A DNA stretch of 64,000 bases from an uncultured delta proteobacterium (lineage in GTDB: Bacteria; Myxococcota_A; Polyangia; Polyangiales; Polyangiaceae). The stretch covers positions 384,440 through 448,439 of the forward strand of contig CAVQUB010000021.1 of the NCBI GenBank assembly GCA_963716725.1. The letters are read 5' to 3'. Positions 31,221 through 41,313 of the stretch are shown in pieces. The translations under genes were made by a program, and so were the position numbers. Below the pieces are notes generated by a model. That model searched no databases and was not told where the DNA came from. It saw nothing but the letters and a program-made list of their open reading frames with translations. Position 1 is the stretch's first letter. Each line of letters opens with the position of its first letter.

Positions 31221-32365
31221 TGAGATGGATATGGCAACAATCCTATTGGCCCGATTTCTGCTACGACGTGCTTGCTCTCGAACACCGGGAGCTTGAGTTT
31301 CGCCTGAACTCAGAGCGTCTGGCGGGCAGCTATGATGCACTTCCTGTGGCATCTCAAAAGGATGCCACGATCGACTTGATGCTTTCCGAGGCCATCAAAA
31401 CAAGCGCCATTGAGGGCGAGAAATTGGACAGAGAGTCGGTCAGGTCGTCGCTGCTCTCATTAATTACATCTGATACGCTACCGGACAACTCAGACCAGAA
31501 AGCTGCTGGGGCAGCTTTGCTTCTGGTGGATGTTCGCAAGAACTGGCAAACATCCCTGTCACATGACCTGTTGGGTAAGTGGCAGTCCATGGCCATCCCG
31601 GAGCAGCGCTACACACCCATTTTGAGAGGTGCATACCGCAACGATCCTTCTCCAATGCAAATAGTGAGTGGGCCTTACGGACGCGAAAAGGTTCACTATG
31701 AGGCCCTACCAGCGGCTCGGGTGCCTGATGAAATGGCGAAGCTTATCGAATGGTACAACCAATCCAGTCCCTTGAGCGGGGATAAGATAATACCCGGGAT
31801 TGCACGAGCAGGTATTGCCCATCTATGGTTTGAAGTGATTCATCCCTTTGACGATGGTAATGGCCGAGTCGGTAGGGCGATCGCCGACCATGCGCTTTCG
31901 CAGTTTCTCGGTTATCCGACAACGGCCTGTCTTGCCACGGCGATAGAGGCGGATAAGAAAACCTATTACCTGCAACTGGAGAAAACGAGTCGTGGAAGCA
32001 TGGACGTTAATGCCTGGCTTGATTACTTCGCCGACAGGGTCATCAAGGCACAGGAAATTGCCAGGGAAGAAGTCGATTTTGTACTGGCCAAGACACGCTT
32101 CTACGAAGCCTATAGCGACCTGCTGAATGACCGGCAGGCGAGGATGGTGTCGCGGGTTTTCGCTGAAGGTCGAAAGGGCTTTGAGGGCGGCATAACGACC
32201 AAGAAATATGAAGCGATCACAAAGTGCCCCAATCGAACGGCCAGCCGTGATTTATCAGACTTGGTTGCAAAGGGGGTCATAATACCGTTACCGGGTGGTG
32301 GTAGAACGACCCGCTATGAGTTGAATGTTGTCGAACCAGTCGAATTTGGTTTAAGGGAGAAATGA
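31220..32365 (+). CDS. Fic family protein (intact paralogue)
   Basis: HPFDDGNGRVGR; C-terminal wHTH TASRDLSDLV.KG. Confidence 0.93.
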   Translation: MRWIWQQSYWPDFCYDVLALEHRELEFRLNSERLAGSYDALPVASQKDATIDLMLSEAIKTSAIEGEKLDRESVRSSLLSLITSDTLPDNSDQKAAGAALLLVDVRKNWQTSLSHDLLGKWQSMAIPEQRYTPILRGAYRNDPSPMQIVSGPYGREKVHYEALPAARVPDEMAKLIEWYNQSSPLSGDKIIPGIARAGIAHLWFEVIHPFDDGNGRVGRAIADHALSQFLGYPTTACLATAIEADKKTYYLQLEKTSRGSMDVNAWLDYFADRVIKAQEIAREEVDFVLAKTRFYEAYSDLLNDRQARMVSRVFAEGRKGFEGGITTKKYEAITKCPNRTASRDLSDLVAKGVIIPLPGGGRTTRYELNVVEPVEFGLREK

Positions 32366-32413
32366 TTTACTGTAATCAGGTGATTTTTGTGTTGATTAGC
32401 AGGAATTTTTGAG

Positions 32414-32659
32414 CATGGTATTTTTCATGGCATTGCCAATTAGCGGGAAAATAAGCCATTGAATATTAAGGATAAATAAGCCTTATTTACAATCGAGTGG
32501 GAGTGACTGGAATTCCTAACACACTGAATTATATGAATTAAAACAATCCTATCGATAATGTATTCTGCATCATCAATGGTATTCTTCATGGTATTTTCAG
32601 CGCGCTGTAACGTAAAAAGCAGCGATGCCATGAGCGAAAAATTGATGCTGGCATGGTAT
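32414..32659 (+). repeat. Junction J6: full attP-like element (246 bp)
   Basis: Left doublet 32414; core 32492-32506; right arm to 32659. Confidence 0.9.
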
Positions 32660-34109
32660 CAGAGCGCTTGAACTGCGTGTGCTCTGGAGCTATCCGGAAA
32701 CCTGCGGCTAGACCAGCATGGCATCTAATTGCTTTGCGCCATCCGTGCTGGCTGATTCACATGAGAATAGGATGGTATAGCCCATCGTCTTGTAGCTTTT
32801 TTCGCGCTTATTGAACATGCGTTGGAGCATGGGAAGACCGTAGTCAACGTAATCGTGAATCGTCACTTGCGTTTTACCGTCTGATTCCCGGTGAATTCTT
32901 CCCGCATATTGCGCCAACGAACCCTTCCAGGCGATAGGCATGGCAAGAAACAGTGTATCCAGCCTGGGCAGGTCAAAACCCTCTCCCACATACTTTCCAG
33001 TGGCGACCACAACCTGCGCCGACTGTAAATGCTCGTCAGCGCGCTTGCGTTCAGCAGCTTTCATTGCACCTTTCAATATAATGGAATTGACTCCGCTTTC
33101 TTTGAGATGATTGTTAATCGTGTCCGCATGTTCACGTCTTTCAGTGAGGACGATTGGATGCTTGGCTACGTGAACATTGTCGATCACATCTGACACAATC
33201 CGTCGCGTACGATTTTCGTTTTCCATTATCCATCGGTAGGCATCTGTAATTTTTGGCCGCTCCTCGGGCCGAGAAAGATGCAGTGGAGGCGTATCATAGA
33301 GCTGATGGACTAGAACTTCTTGCTCGAACCTCCCCTCACTTGAGCTTTTAACTTTGTGCCGTATGGGGCCGGCAGCCATAAAGATGATCTTCTGGTGGCC
33401 GTCCTGTCTTTCTGGGGTAGCAGTAAGGCCGAGCACATATTTCGCTCGAACTTCGTTCAGTACCATTTCAAAGCGCGGCGCGGAAACGTGGTGGCATTCA
33501 TCAATTATCACATGTCCGTAATCTTGAACAATCGGAGAGATGGTAATGTCTTTCTTGTTAATCAGGCTTTGATATGTGGCTATATCAATGATACCGGTGG
33601 GTTTATTCTTGCCTCCACCGATGACGCCGATCTCCGCTTCCGGCAAAAATGAGCTTAGTCTTTCATGCCATTGATCAAGCAGTTGGCGACTGTGTACCAG
33701 AATAAGCGTGTTTGCTTTGCGCTTGGCGATCATTCCGATAGCCGTCACGGTTTTTCCAAACGCTGTAGGCGCATGCAGTATTCCCGCATCGTGTTTGCTC
33801 ATTTCTTTAACTGCGGTCTGCTGATTTTTCCTCAAGGTTAATGATGGCTTCATGCCTGAAAGCTTAGTGCCCAACTCACGCTTGTCATCTATTTGAACGT
33901 CTATATTGTTCTCTTTCAATAACGCGAGCGCATTATCCAAGCACCCGCGAGGCAATGCCAAGTAGCCACGTTCAATGCGTGCGCAAGAAATGAATCGCGG
34001 GATGCCGTGGGTAAAAAAACGAAGCGCTTGTGTTTTAAAGAAAACTGGATTCGAAAAGCTGGCTAGACCTGCCTTTTACCCATAAACAGGTACGTGGTAA
34101 CTATGCCCA

Positions 34110-37100
34110 TCACCCGTCATCTATCAGTGAATACCCAGCACTCATATACTGAAACGCCGTATAACCCAACCACAATATTTGATGTCCTGGGGGTGGATCT
34201 TTTTTCCGATCCAGATAGCCCCCTATTGAAGCGACCAGCCGTACTGCGTCACCCAGTTGTGTAGGCGGCTTCAATTCTTTTTTTTAGCGTAAGCCCGCAG
34301 GGTGCGTATTTCAATGTCAGAGAAGAGTATCTCGGCAGGCAGCCCCGGCGTTTCTCTACCCAGCAGTGTCATCAACATGATTCGCCAGCCAATGACCAGA
34401 TTGATCGCGATGGCCCGACGCAGACGTTCTGCGCTCTCATGGGCGAGCTTGTCGATAGAGCAACCTGATTTCAGTACCCGGTGCCAGTCTTCTATACGCC
34501 AGCGTAATGTATACCAACGCAGACATTGCTCGATATCTGCCGCAGAGTCGATAGTAACCGTCGTCAGCAGGAACCATTCCACGGCCTCGGTGTTCGCTGG
34601 TGGGTTTTCCTCCACCGCATGAATCAATTCGACCGTGACCGGTGGTCTATCGACATAATACTCGGGCGCAGGCAGTTGGATCTGCAGGTGACGCAGCGCC
34701 AGCTCCGCCAATCGTTTTGGCCGGGCTGCACGGGCTTTTTGCTTACTTTTCTTGGTTCGGGCACTTTGCTTTGGGATCGGAACCTGGATTCGGCCTTGTA
34801 TGGGGGCCTGACGAACGGCGGCGAATAACTTGAAGGGCTCTTCCTTGAGATTGCGATCATGCTGGGCCCGGATCAGGATATCAACGCGGGGATTTTTACG
34901 TTGCTCATCGAAGAACTCGAAAAAATCGGCTTCCCGATCACACACGTCAACGATCTTCGTCTGTGGCATAGTACCGGCCAACTCCACCAGATCACGATGA
35001 TGCTCGATCCAGACAAAGGTCTTTTTTTCCTCGACCGGGATTTGTGATGGTTTGCGTTTGTCAGTGGCTGGTTTGATCTTCGGGGCAAGGCACTGCGCTT
35101 TTACAACCCCCAGAGGAAGACCGTTAGTAGCCACTGCGAACGTTGAATGCAAATTCAGTCCCCTCATCTTAGCGCCCGTCTGATTGGCTTTGAGTTCGCC
35201 CAGGCCGGTACAGCTATCCAGGTTGGTGTAATTCAGTTCGCTGCCATCTTGCAAACACAGCACCGTGTTTTGTCCCATCATCCGTCGCGCGGTGCGCTGA
35301 CGGTGAGGCGCCAGGATATTGGCCATGGTGACCGCCGAGGTTTCCGGTTGGTCGATCATCCGATAGTAGGCTTTCGTGGCCGCCCAATCGCCCTTGGCGA
35401 CACCACTAAAGGCGCGGGTTGGCACCTCAGCTTTGGCCTTGGCCACACTGACCAGTCTTTTACTCAATCGCTTATCGCCCAGTCGTGCATCGCCAAACTC
35501 GTGTTCAGCCCAATGCGGCGCATCTAATCCTTCCGCTACGTCTAATGCGGCCGCTCCTGCGTTGGGCGATAGCCCCAACTGTTTCCTGAACCCGCTTTCC
35601 AACGGGTAGACATAAATGGCCTTGCGGCTGAGTGCCGATTTGGAAAACTGATCTTGTCTGCCACGCCCTTTTGTTTGCCCAATCTCGATCCAGTTAGCCG
35701 CCCGATAACAGGCACCTGAGTAGTGTTGCGTATCCACAAAGCTCTCCAGCAGATAGGGGCGGTATTGATAGCGCTGTTCGAAATCAATCGCCAGCTGCAC
35801 CACGCTCATGCTCAACACCTTCGACGCCAGATTGCGGCACTCCACACTCGGTCGAATCAAAAAACGACTCATTGCGATCACTCGATGCAAGTGGGCTTGC
35901 TGTTGCTCTTTATCCCATCCAATCCACCTGTCCCGGTCCGCCAGTTGCAAGGCTGCCGCAGCAAATCCAAAACCACCCAGCCAGCCATGTCGGGAATTGA
36001 TCAAGTAGCGTAATTGCCGCCCGACCAGTGGACCCTCACCTAATGGATGCTCGCTGAGCATCAGCTCATTCCATATGCGCTTCTCTTCATCGGTACACAC
36101 CAGCACCAACCTCAGATCCTCAACACCACCGACCTCACGCGGAACATCAACAGGCAGCGGTACAGGTTCGGGTAAACGGCGAGACTGCTTCCTGGCCCGT
36201 TTGCGTCGGATACCAGGCAATGCAATATGTCCTGCCTGCTCCAACTGCCGCAACGCCTTCGCGCAACTGCTGGTTTGAATCTGGCCACGCGCATCATAAA
36301 ATTTAAAATGCTTACAGGCTCGCGTCGCTAAATCCGTTCGATGGGGAATAGCTTCGTGCTCCAGCAGGTGCTTGATATATTCGTGACCTTAAACTGATTT
36401 CAAGTAGATTTCAGCAAAACGAATAAACGCAAGGTATAATGCCTATCTGATTTTCCATCCTGCCACTGGTTGAAGCACCTCCCATAATGCTGCGTTATTT
36501 TACGTGACGTGTTCCTTGTGAAAAATCTTCAGCGCCCCAATTCATCAGGCGTCAATAGTCCTGCACGGATATAGCCGAATCCGCTTGACCACATAGTCAA
36601 CTCCGTCTATTCTTGGCTCCCAATGAAATGAACCAGGATATCGGCATGACGGGATATTTCGGCTCCAAGGCCGCATCGGGGTTGTACCAAAACATCATCG
36701 CGATGATGCCACCCCACGACACCTACATCGAAACCCATCTGGGCGGTGGGACGGTCATGCGCAAAAAGCCACCCGCACGGAACAACATCGCCATCGACAT
36801 CGACCCGCAAACCCTGGCGTCATTCGACTGCGATTATCCCGTACAAAAAGTCAACGATTGCGCCCATCACTACCTGCGCGACTATGACTACGGCGGTTCA
36901 GAACTGATCTATTGCGACCCGCCCTACCTGATCGAGACACGCACCTCGAAACGCCGCTACCGCCATGAGTACAGCAGGCAGGACCATGTGGATTTGCTTG
37001 ACCTGCTCAAGACGCTGCCGTGCCAGGTCATCCTCTCTGGCTACCCGTCCGCCCTGTATGACGGCATGCTGAAAAATTGGAACTGTGTGCAACTGCAGGC

Positions 37101-38933
37101 CATGACCTGGGGCGGCCCGCGCACGGAGAAACTCTGGTACAACTACGAAATTGAGCACGCGCACTGGGCCCGCTACGCAGGCAAGGACTTCACCGACCGC
37201 CAGCGCATCAAACGCAAGGCCGAGCGTTGGGCCAGGAATTACCAGGCGCTACCCCCTGCGGAACGACTCGCCCTGTTGGCGGCGATCATGGCGGTGGAAG
37301 CGCTGGAGACGGATTAACCGCGTGACAGCACCTGGCCTGAAAGGTCCTGGACGATCCGGCCCGGAAAAGGCGCGGCTGGAGAAACTGCCCAGGGCCAAAC
37401 TCATTGCCATGATCCTTGAACAACGCGAGGACACGCGCATCCGACTGGAAGAAAAAGACCAGCAGATAGCCGAGCTGAGCGAACAACTGGCCAAACTGCA
37501 AGGCGAGATCAACCAGGAAAAGGTTGGGAATAAGATCAAGGGCATCAACCAGCAGGTCAACCAGCCGACGTCGAAGCAACCGGAATGGGACAAAGACGGC
37601 AACCCGAAGCCGACAAAAAAGGGCCGCAAGAAAAAGCGCAAAAAGCGAACCGGCTGCGGCAACCGGGGAAAATCCACCCTCACGCCAGACCAGACACATG
37701 TCATCCCCCTAACATCCTGCCCTGGCTGCGGGAATGACCTGGACGGCAAGAAAGGCAAGGCGGACAGCGGGCGGTGGGTGGAAGATATCCCGCCGCCCGC
37801 GCAGAAGACCACCGTCTTCAAAGAGGTGACCCAATCCAAGTGGTGCGACCATTGCAAGACAATGGTCTGCTCAAAATCCGAAAAGGCATTGCCGGGTTCG
37901 CACATCGGCCTCAACGCCATGATCGAGATGGCCTACTTGTGGGTGATGTGCGCGCTGTCCTTCCCGAAGATCCGGGAGCTTTTCATCCACTTCAAGACCC
38001 TGCGGTTATCGACGGCCGGCATCTCGAGGATCATGATCCGACTCAGTGGCATCATGGAGCCGGTTTATGAGGAGATATTAAACGACGTCAAGCAAGGGGC
38101 GAAGATCTGGGCCGACGAGACCGGCTGGCGAGTCAAGGGCAAGCTGTGGTGGTTATGGATATTCGCCAATGAGCGCAGTGCCTATTATTGGCCCGACAAG
38201 ACTCGCGGGGGACCGGTCGTTGAGCGGCTCTTGGGCGAGGTGTTCCTGGGTATCCTGATCGTGGACGGTTGGCACGCCTACACGAAGATTGTCTGTGACC
38301 GGCAAACCTGCATGGCGCATATCTTCCGCAAGATACGCGCCTTCATTGACGCGTTTCCTCAATACCGTTCCATCATGAAATTCTACCTGAAGCTGCGGCA
38401 GATCATCCGGGACGGCGAGAAACTGCAGGCGGCGCGTGATGGGTTGAGCGAGTGGGTGTTTCAACGCCGCTTGAAGGCCCTGGAACAAAGGCTGGACGCG
38501 TTACTGAAATGGAAGAACCCCAATGACACGCTGATGGAGGTGATCAAAAAAGTTCGTCGCCAGAAGGAACATATACTGACCTTCATCAAGCATGAAGGCG
38601 CGCCCCACCACAACAACTACGGCGAATACATTATCAAGAAGGGTGTCGTGAAGCGAAAGATGTCCGGTGGCAGCATGTCTGCTGAAGGCGCCAGGGCCTA
38701 TGCTTGCATACAGTCAGTCGCCATGACATGCCAGTTAAGAGGTATTTCCTTCCACCGCTTTCTCAAAGCCAGTTTGATCTGTTATATCCGTACCGGAAGG
38801 CCTATGTTACTGGCTGAATATGAGTCCAGTATGAAACCAGCGGCAATCGCTGCTTGAATCCAGTTTAAGCTCACATATATTCTATGTTCGCGGGCGTCGA
38901 CAGCGTCCGCTTGATTTGGTTTTGTGTGATCAT
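34110..38933 (-). CDS. DUF4338 + IS4 DDE transposase (ATG 38933; interrupted; -1 frameshift at A8G near 34280)
   Basis: WAEHEFGDARLGDKRL, QDGSELNY, DREAD, Y.LRWRIEDWHRVLKSGC; shifted tail GGYLDRKKDPPPG ending at 34110. Confidence 0.85.
36646..37317 (+). CDS. DNA adenine methyltransferase (Dam/D12-like)
   Basis: YFGSK, YIETHLGGG SAM motif, DPPY catalytic motif. Confidence 0.85.
   Translation: MTGYFGSKAASGLYQNIIAMMPPHDTYIETHLGGGTVMRKKPPARNNIAIDIDPQTLASFDCDYPVQKVNDCAHHYLRDYDYGGSELIYCDPPYLIETRTSKRRYRHEYSRQDHVDLLDLLKTLPCQVILSGYPSALYDGMLKNWNCVQLQAMTWGGPRTEKLWYNYEIEHAHWARYAGKDFTDRQRIKRKAERWARNYQALPPAERLALLAAIMAVEALETD
37322..38857 (+). CDS. IS66 transposase (TnpC-like)
   Basis: Coiled coil, CPGCG..CDHC zinc finger, ADETGW, VDGW.AY, QTCMAHI.RK, HNNYGE; start approximate. 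Confidence 0.88.
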   Translation: MTAPGLKGPGRSGPEKARLEKLPRAKLIAMILEQREDTRIRLEEKDQQIAELSEQLAKLQGEINQEKVGNKIKGINQQVNQPTSKQPEWDKDGNPKPTKKGRKKKRKKRTGCGNRGKSTLTPDQTHVIPLTSCPGCGNDLDGKKGKADSGRWVEDIPPPAQKTTVFKEVTQSKWCDHCKTMVCSKSEKALPGSHIGLNAMIEMAYLWVMCALSFPKIRELFIHFKTLRLSTAGISRIMIRLSGIMEPVYEEILNDVKQGAKIWADETGWRVKGKLWWLWIFANERSAYYWPDKTRGGPVVERLLGEVFLGILIVDGWHAYTKIVCDRQTCMAHIFRKIRAFIDAFPQYRSIMKFYLKLRQIIRDGEKLQAARDGLSEWVFQRRLKALEQRLDALLKWKNPNDTLMEVIKKVRRQKEHILTFIKHEGAPHHNNYGEYIIKKGVVKRKMSGGSMSAEGARAYACIQSVAMTCQLRGISFHRFLKASLICYIRTGRPMLLAEYESSMKPAAIAA

Positions 38934-39110
38934 GCGGCAAGCATGCACTAGTTAAGCCAATATGTCCAGCTTATCAATGAGGGTAAGAGGCAGGGCTAGA
39001 CGCCTTAATCTTTCTGAAAGGGCGCTAGGCAGCGTCTTTATCTCAAAGTAGATGTGGTTGGCCAGTGTTATGCTTACCTGTTGGGGTGGGCTTTCCAGAA
39101 CCAGGGGCCT

Positions 39111-39782
39111 GGGTTTGGCCGGGCTGCCGGCTTGCTCTATCTGGTTATCATCGTGTGTGGTATCGGTAGCGAAGTGTTTATCCGGGGCAGTCTGTACGAC
39201 AACATGGATATAAGCGTGACAGCGGCGAACATCCTCACAGACAACGCACTGTTCAAGGCTGGCTTCCTCGCCGATTCGGTCATGTTGCTCTGCGATGTGG
39301 CGATCGCTATCGTGTTATACCGGTTGTTCAGGCATGTCGATAAAACACTGGCCTTGTCCGCCATGGTGTTCCGCCTGATCCAGGCAGTCATCATCGGTAT
39401 GAGCCTGTTGTTCTACTTTGCGGCATATCTGCTGCTCACAGGCAACGCGCAGGCGGATGCTCAGACCTATACCCTGCTATTGTTGTTCATCGACATACAT
39501 GCTTACGGTTATGACCTCGGGCTTATATTCTTCGGAATCGCCAATATTACACTGGGTGTGCTGGTCATCAGATCAGGTTTTTGTCCGAGGCCACTGGGGT
39601 ATGGCCCGGTCATGGCGGCAGTTGTCTATGTGGTTGGCAGTTATACGAGGTTTATGGCCGTTGAATACCATACTTTCGTCGAACCGGCCTACCTGGTTCC
39701 ATTGTTGGTGGAACTTGCGTTCTGTCTATGGTTGTTGTTCGGGAAATTTGAACAAGACAGATATGCCAGTCAGTTGGCTTAG
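39111..39782 (+). CDS. DUF4386-like membrane protein, 5' end apparently lost
   Basis: RAAGLLYL..TAANIL..GYDLGLIFFG..ELAFCLWLL; abuts the truncated helicase. Confidence 0.65.
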   Translation, partial: GFGRAAGLLYLVIIVCGIGSEVFIRGSLYDNMDISVTAANILTDNALFKAGFLADSVMLLCDVAIAIVLYRLFRHVDKTLALSAMVFRLIQAVIIGMSLLFYFAAYLLLTGNAQADAQTYTLLLLFIDIHAYGYDLGLIFFGIANITLGVLVIRSGFCPRPLGYGPVMAAVVYVVGSYTRFMAVEYHTFVEPAYLVPLLVELAFCLWLLFGKFEQDRYASQLA

Positions 39783-39802
39783 TCTCGATCACTGGAAGTA
39801 GC

Positions 39803-40318
39803 ATGAAAAAAATAGCAGTATTCGGTAAACCCGGAAGTGGTAAATCCACTTTAAGTAAATATCTGGCATCAGCTACGGATATCACGTTGTATCCATTAGA
39901 TTCCATTGTGTACAAAAGCAACGGTGAAATGGTTGACAGAAGAACCTATGATATAGAGCATGAAAAGATACTCTCTTCAGATAGCTGGATCATTGATCGA
40001 TTTGGCCCAATGGGGTCATTTTATGAACGGCTGGATGCGGCGGATACCTTGATCTATATAGACCTGCCATATGTTTACAGTTATTGGTTCGTGACAAAGC
40101 ATTTGTTAAAAGGAATATTTGTCAAGCCTGAAGGGTGGCCTGAGGGTAGTTCAATTTTAAAAGGAACGATGGAAAGCTATAAAACATTAAAACTTTGTCC
40201 TAAATTCTGGAATGAGAGTTTTATGAGGAAACTGGAAGAAATATCGAATAACAAGTCTTTGCATGTAATTCAGACAATTTCTGAATTAAATAGCTTTGTT
40301 GATTTGAAAGTGAAATAA
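39803..40318 (+). CDS. Adenylate-kinase-like P-loop protein (FlaR/topology-modulation-like)
   Basis: KIAVFGKPGSGKSTLS, WIID, ADTLIYIDLP. Confidence 0.8.
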   Translation: MKKIAVFGKPGSGKSTLSKYLASATDITLYPLDSIVYKSNGEMVDRRTYDIEHEKILSSDSWIIDRFGPMGSFYERLDAADTLIYIDLPYVYSYWFVTKHLLKGIFVKPEGWPEGSSILKGTMESYKTLKLCPKFWNESFMRKLEEISNNKSLHVIQTISELNSFVDLKVK

Positions 40319-40404
40319 AAGAATACAAAAGCCGGGTAACATGGACTGACCAGGGAGATTATTTTTTAGCAAATTTTTAGTGGCGATAAGCAACAATTGA
40401 TGAG

Positions 40405-40639
40405 CATGGTATTTTTCATGGTATTATAATTTTCCATAAAAAAAGCCGTAGAAAATGAAAGATAAAAATGACTTATTTACAATAGAGTGGGAGTGACTGA
40501 AATTTTTAACGCATTGATATATAACATATATATATAAATCTAATAAACAATGTATTCTGCATCATCAATGGTATTTATTGCCTGTAGCAAGGCAGAACAC
40601 ATCGATCCCATGAGATGAAAATTTAGTCTGGCATGGTAT
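40405..40639 (+). repeat. Junction J7: attP-like element; core variant ATAGAGTGGGAGTGA; one right-arm doublet unit missing
   Basis: Left doublet 40405; core 40482-40496; IHF match TAACGCATTGATA. Confidence 0.88.
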
Positions 40640-40854
40640 CAGGGCAACTGAGCGGCGTATGCGCAGTATTCGTGGTCGACTGACATGGTCCAGAAGTGCT
40701 CTGTCAATCTTCGTTGTCTTGCCGTTTGCGACGTTGTTCCCGCTGACGCTAGCGGCCACGGCCAGTACATTGAAGAAAAAACTTGTAAACAGAATCCTTG
40801 GGCGGAAATCCAGGGATGCGAGACAAGATATCGCTGAAGTTTTCAGGATTAAAA

Positions 40855-40869
40855 TGTAACAACATAACA
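40855..40869. promoter_or_regulatory. Possible Zur box
   Basis: TGTAACAACATAACA resembles TGTTATANTATAACA and lies upstream of the Zn-uptake genes. Confidence 0.4.
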
Positions 40870-40958
40870 GTAGAATCCAGCTTCCCAGGCGGAAGCCGAA
40901 ACTGTAATTGTCAACTCTGTGAGGCCATAGGCTCGTGTATCCGGCGAACAATATATCA

Positions 40959-41250
40959 GTGACCAGCGGCGCAAGACGCTGGGGGCTGTTATTGTGCGCG
41001 CTGCTCATCCTGATATCGCAGTTGTTTCTTCAGCTGCATTCCATCTGATCATCTTTCCGATACTGACAACGAAACATGCGAGATTTGCCTCGCTGGCGGA
41101 GCGCTTGAACATGCGGTTGCCAGCACAGTACATGACGTCTGTGTGAAATCGGATGACAAGGCGGCGTTACCTGCCTCGGTTGCCATTGCCGATACCACCT
41201 GCCCCCTTTCTTACCGGCCCCGCGCACCGCCTCTACGAAAATACAAACGT
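40959..41250 (+). pseudogene. Small DUF2946-like metal-binding gene, frameshifted
   Basis: Hydrophobic N-terminus, H..CEIC and YRPRAPP motifs in different frames. Confidence 0.45.
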
Positions 41251-41313
41251 CTGATTGTTATTGATCTCCGGTGACTGTTCACCGGGCCGTTTGTTGTCGT
41301 TGGAGGTACATCC

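Larger units (their letters stand above)
36383..38874 (+). mobile_element. IS66-family element carrying a DNA methyltransferase
   Basis: TIRs GTGACCTTAAACTGATTTCAAG / GTGAGCTTAAACTGGATTCAAG; 8-bp TSD ATATATTC (36375-36382, 38875-38882). Confidence 0.9.
34069..38993 (-). mobile_element. IS4-family (IS50/Tn5-like) element whose transposase has an N-terminal DUF4338-like domain; interrupted by IS66
   Basis: TIRs CTGCCTTTTACCC / CTGCCTCTTACCC; 8-bp TSD GGCTAGAC (34061-34068, 38994-39001). Confidence 0.88.
32708..39110 (-). pseudogene. SF2 (DEAH, ResIII-like) helicase, split by an IS insertion and 5'-truncated
   Basis: APTAFGKT, IDECHH, LTATP, QYAGRIHR; the frame rejoins across the IS (..LSERLRRLASFSNPVFFK..) using 39002-39110 plus 32708-34068. 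Confidence 0.85.

Noticed and set aside
6517..32365. Duplicated fic and TA genes as assembly duplications
   Set aside because: Copies differ at many dispersed, often synonymous positions and have different flanks.
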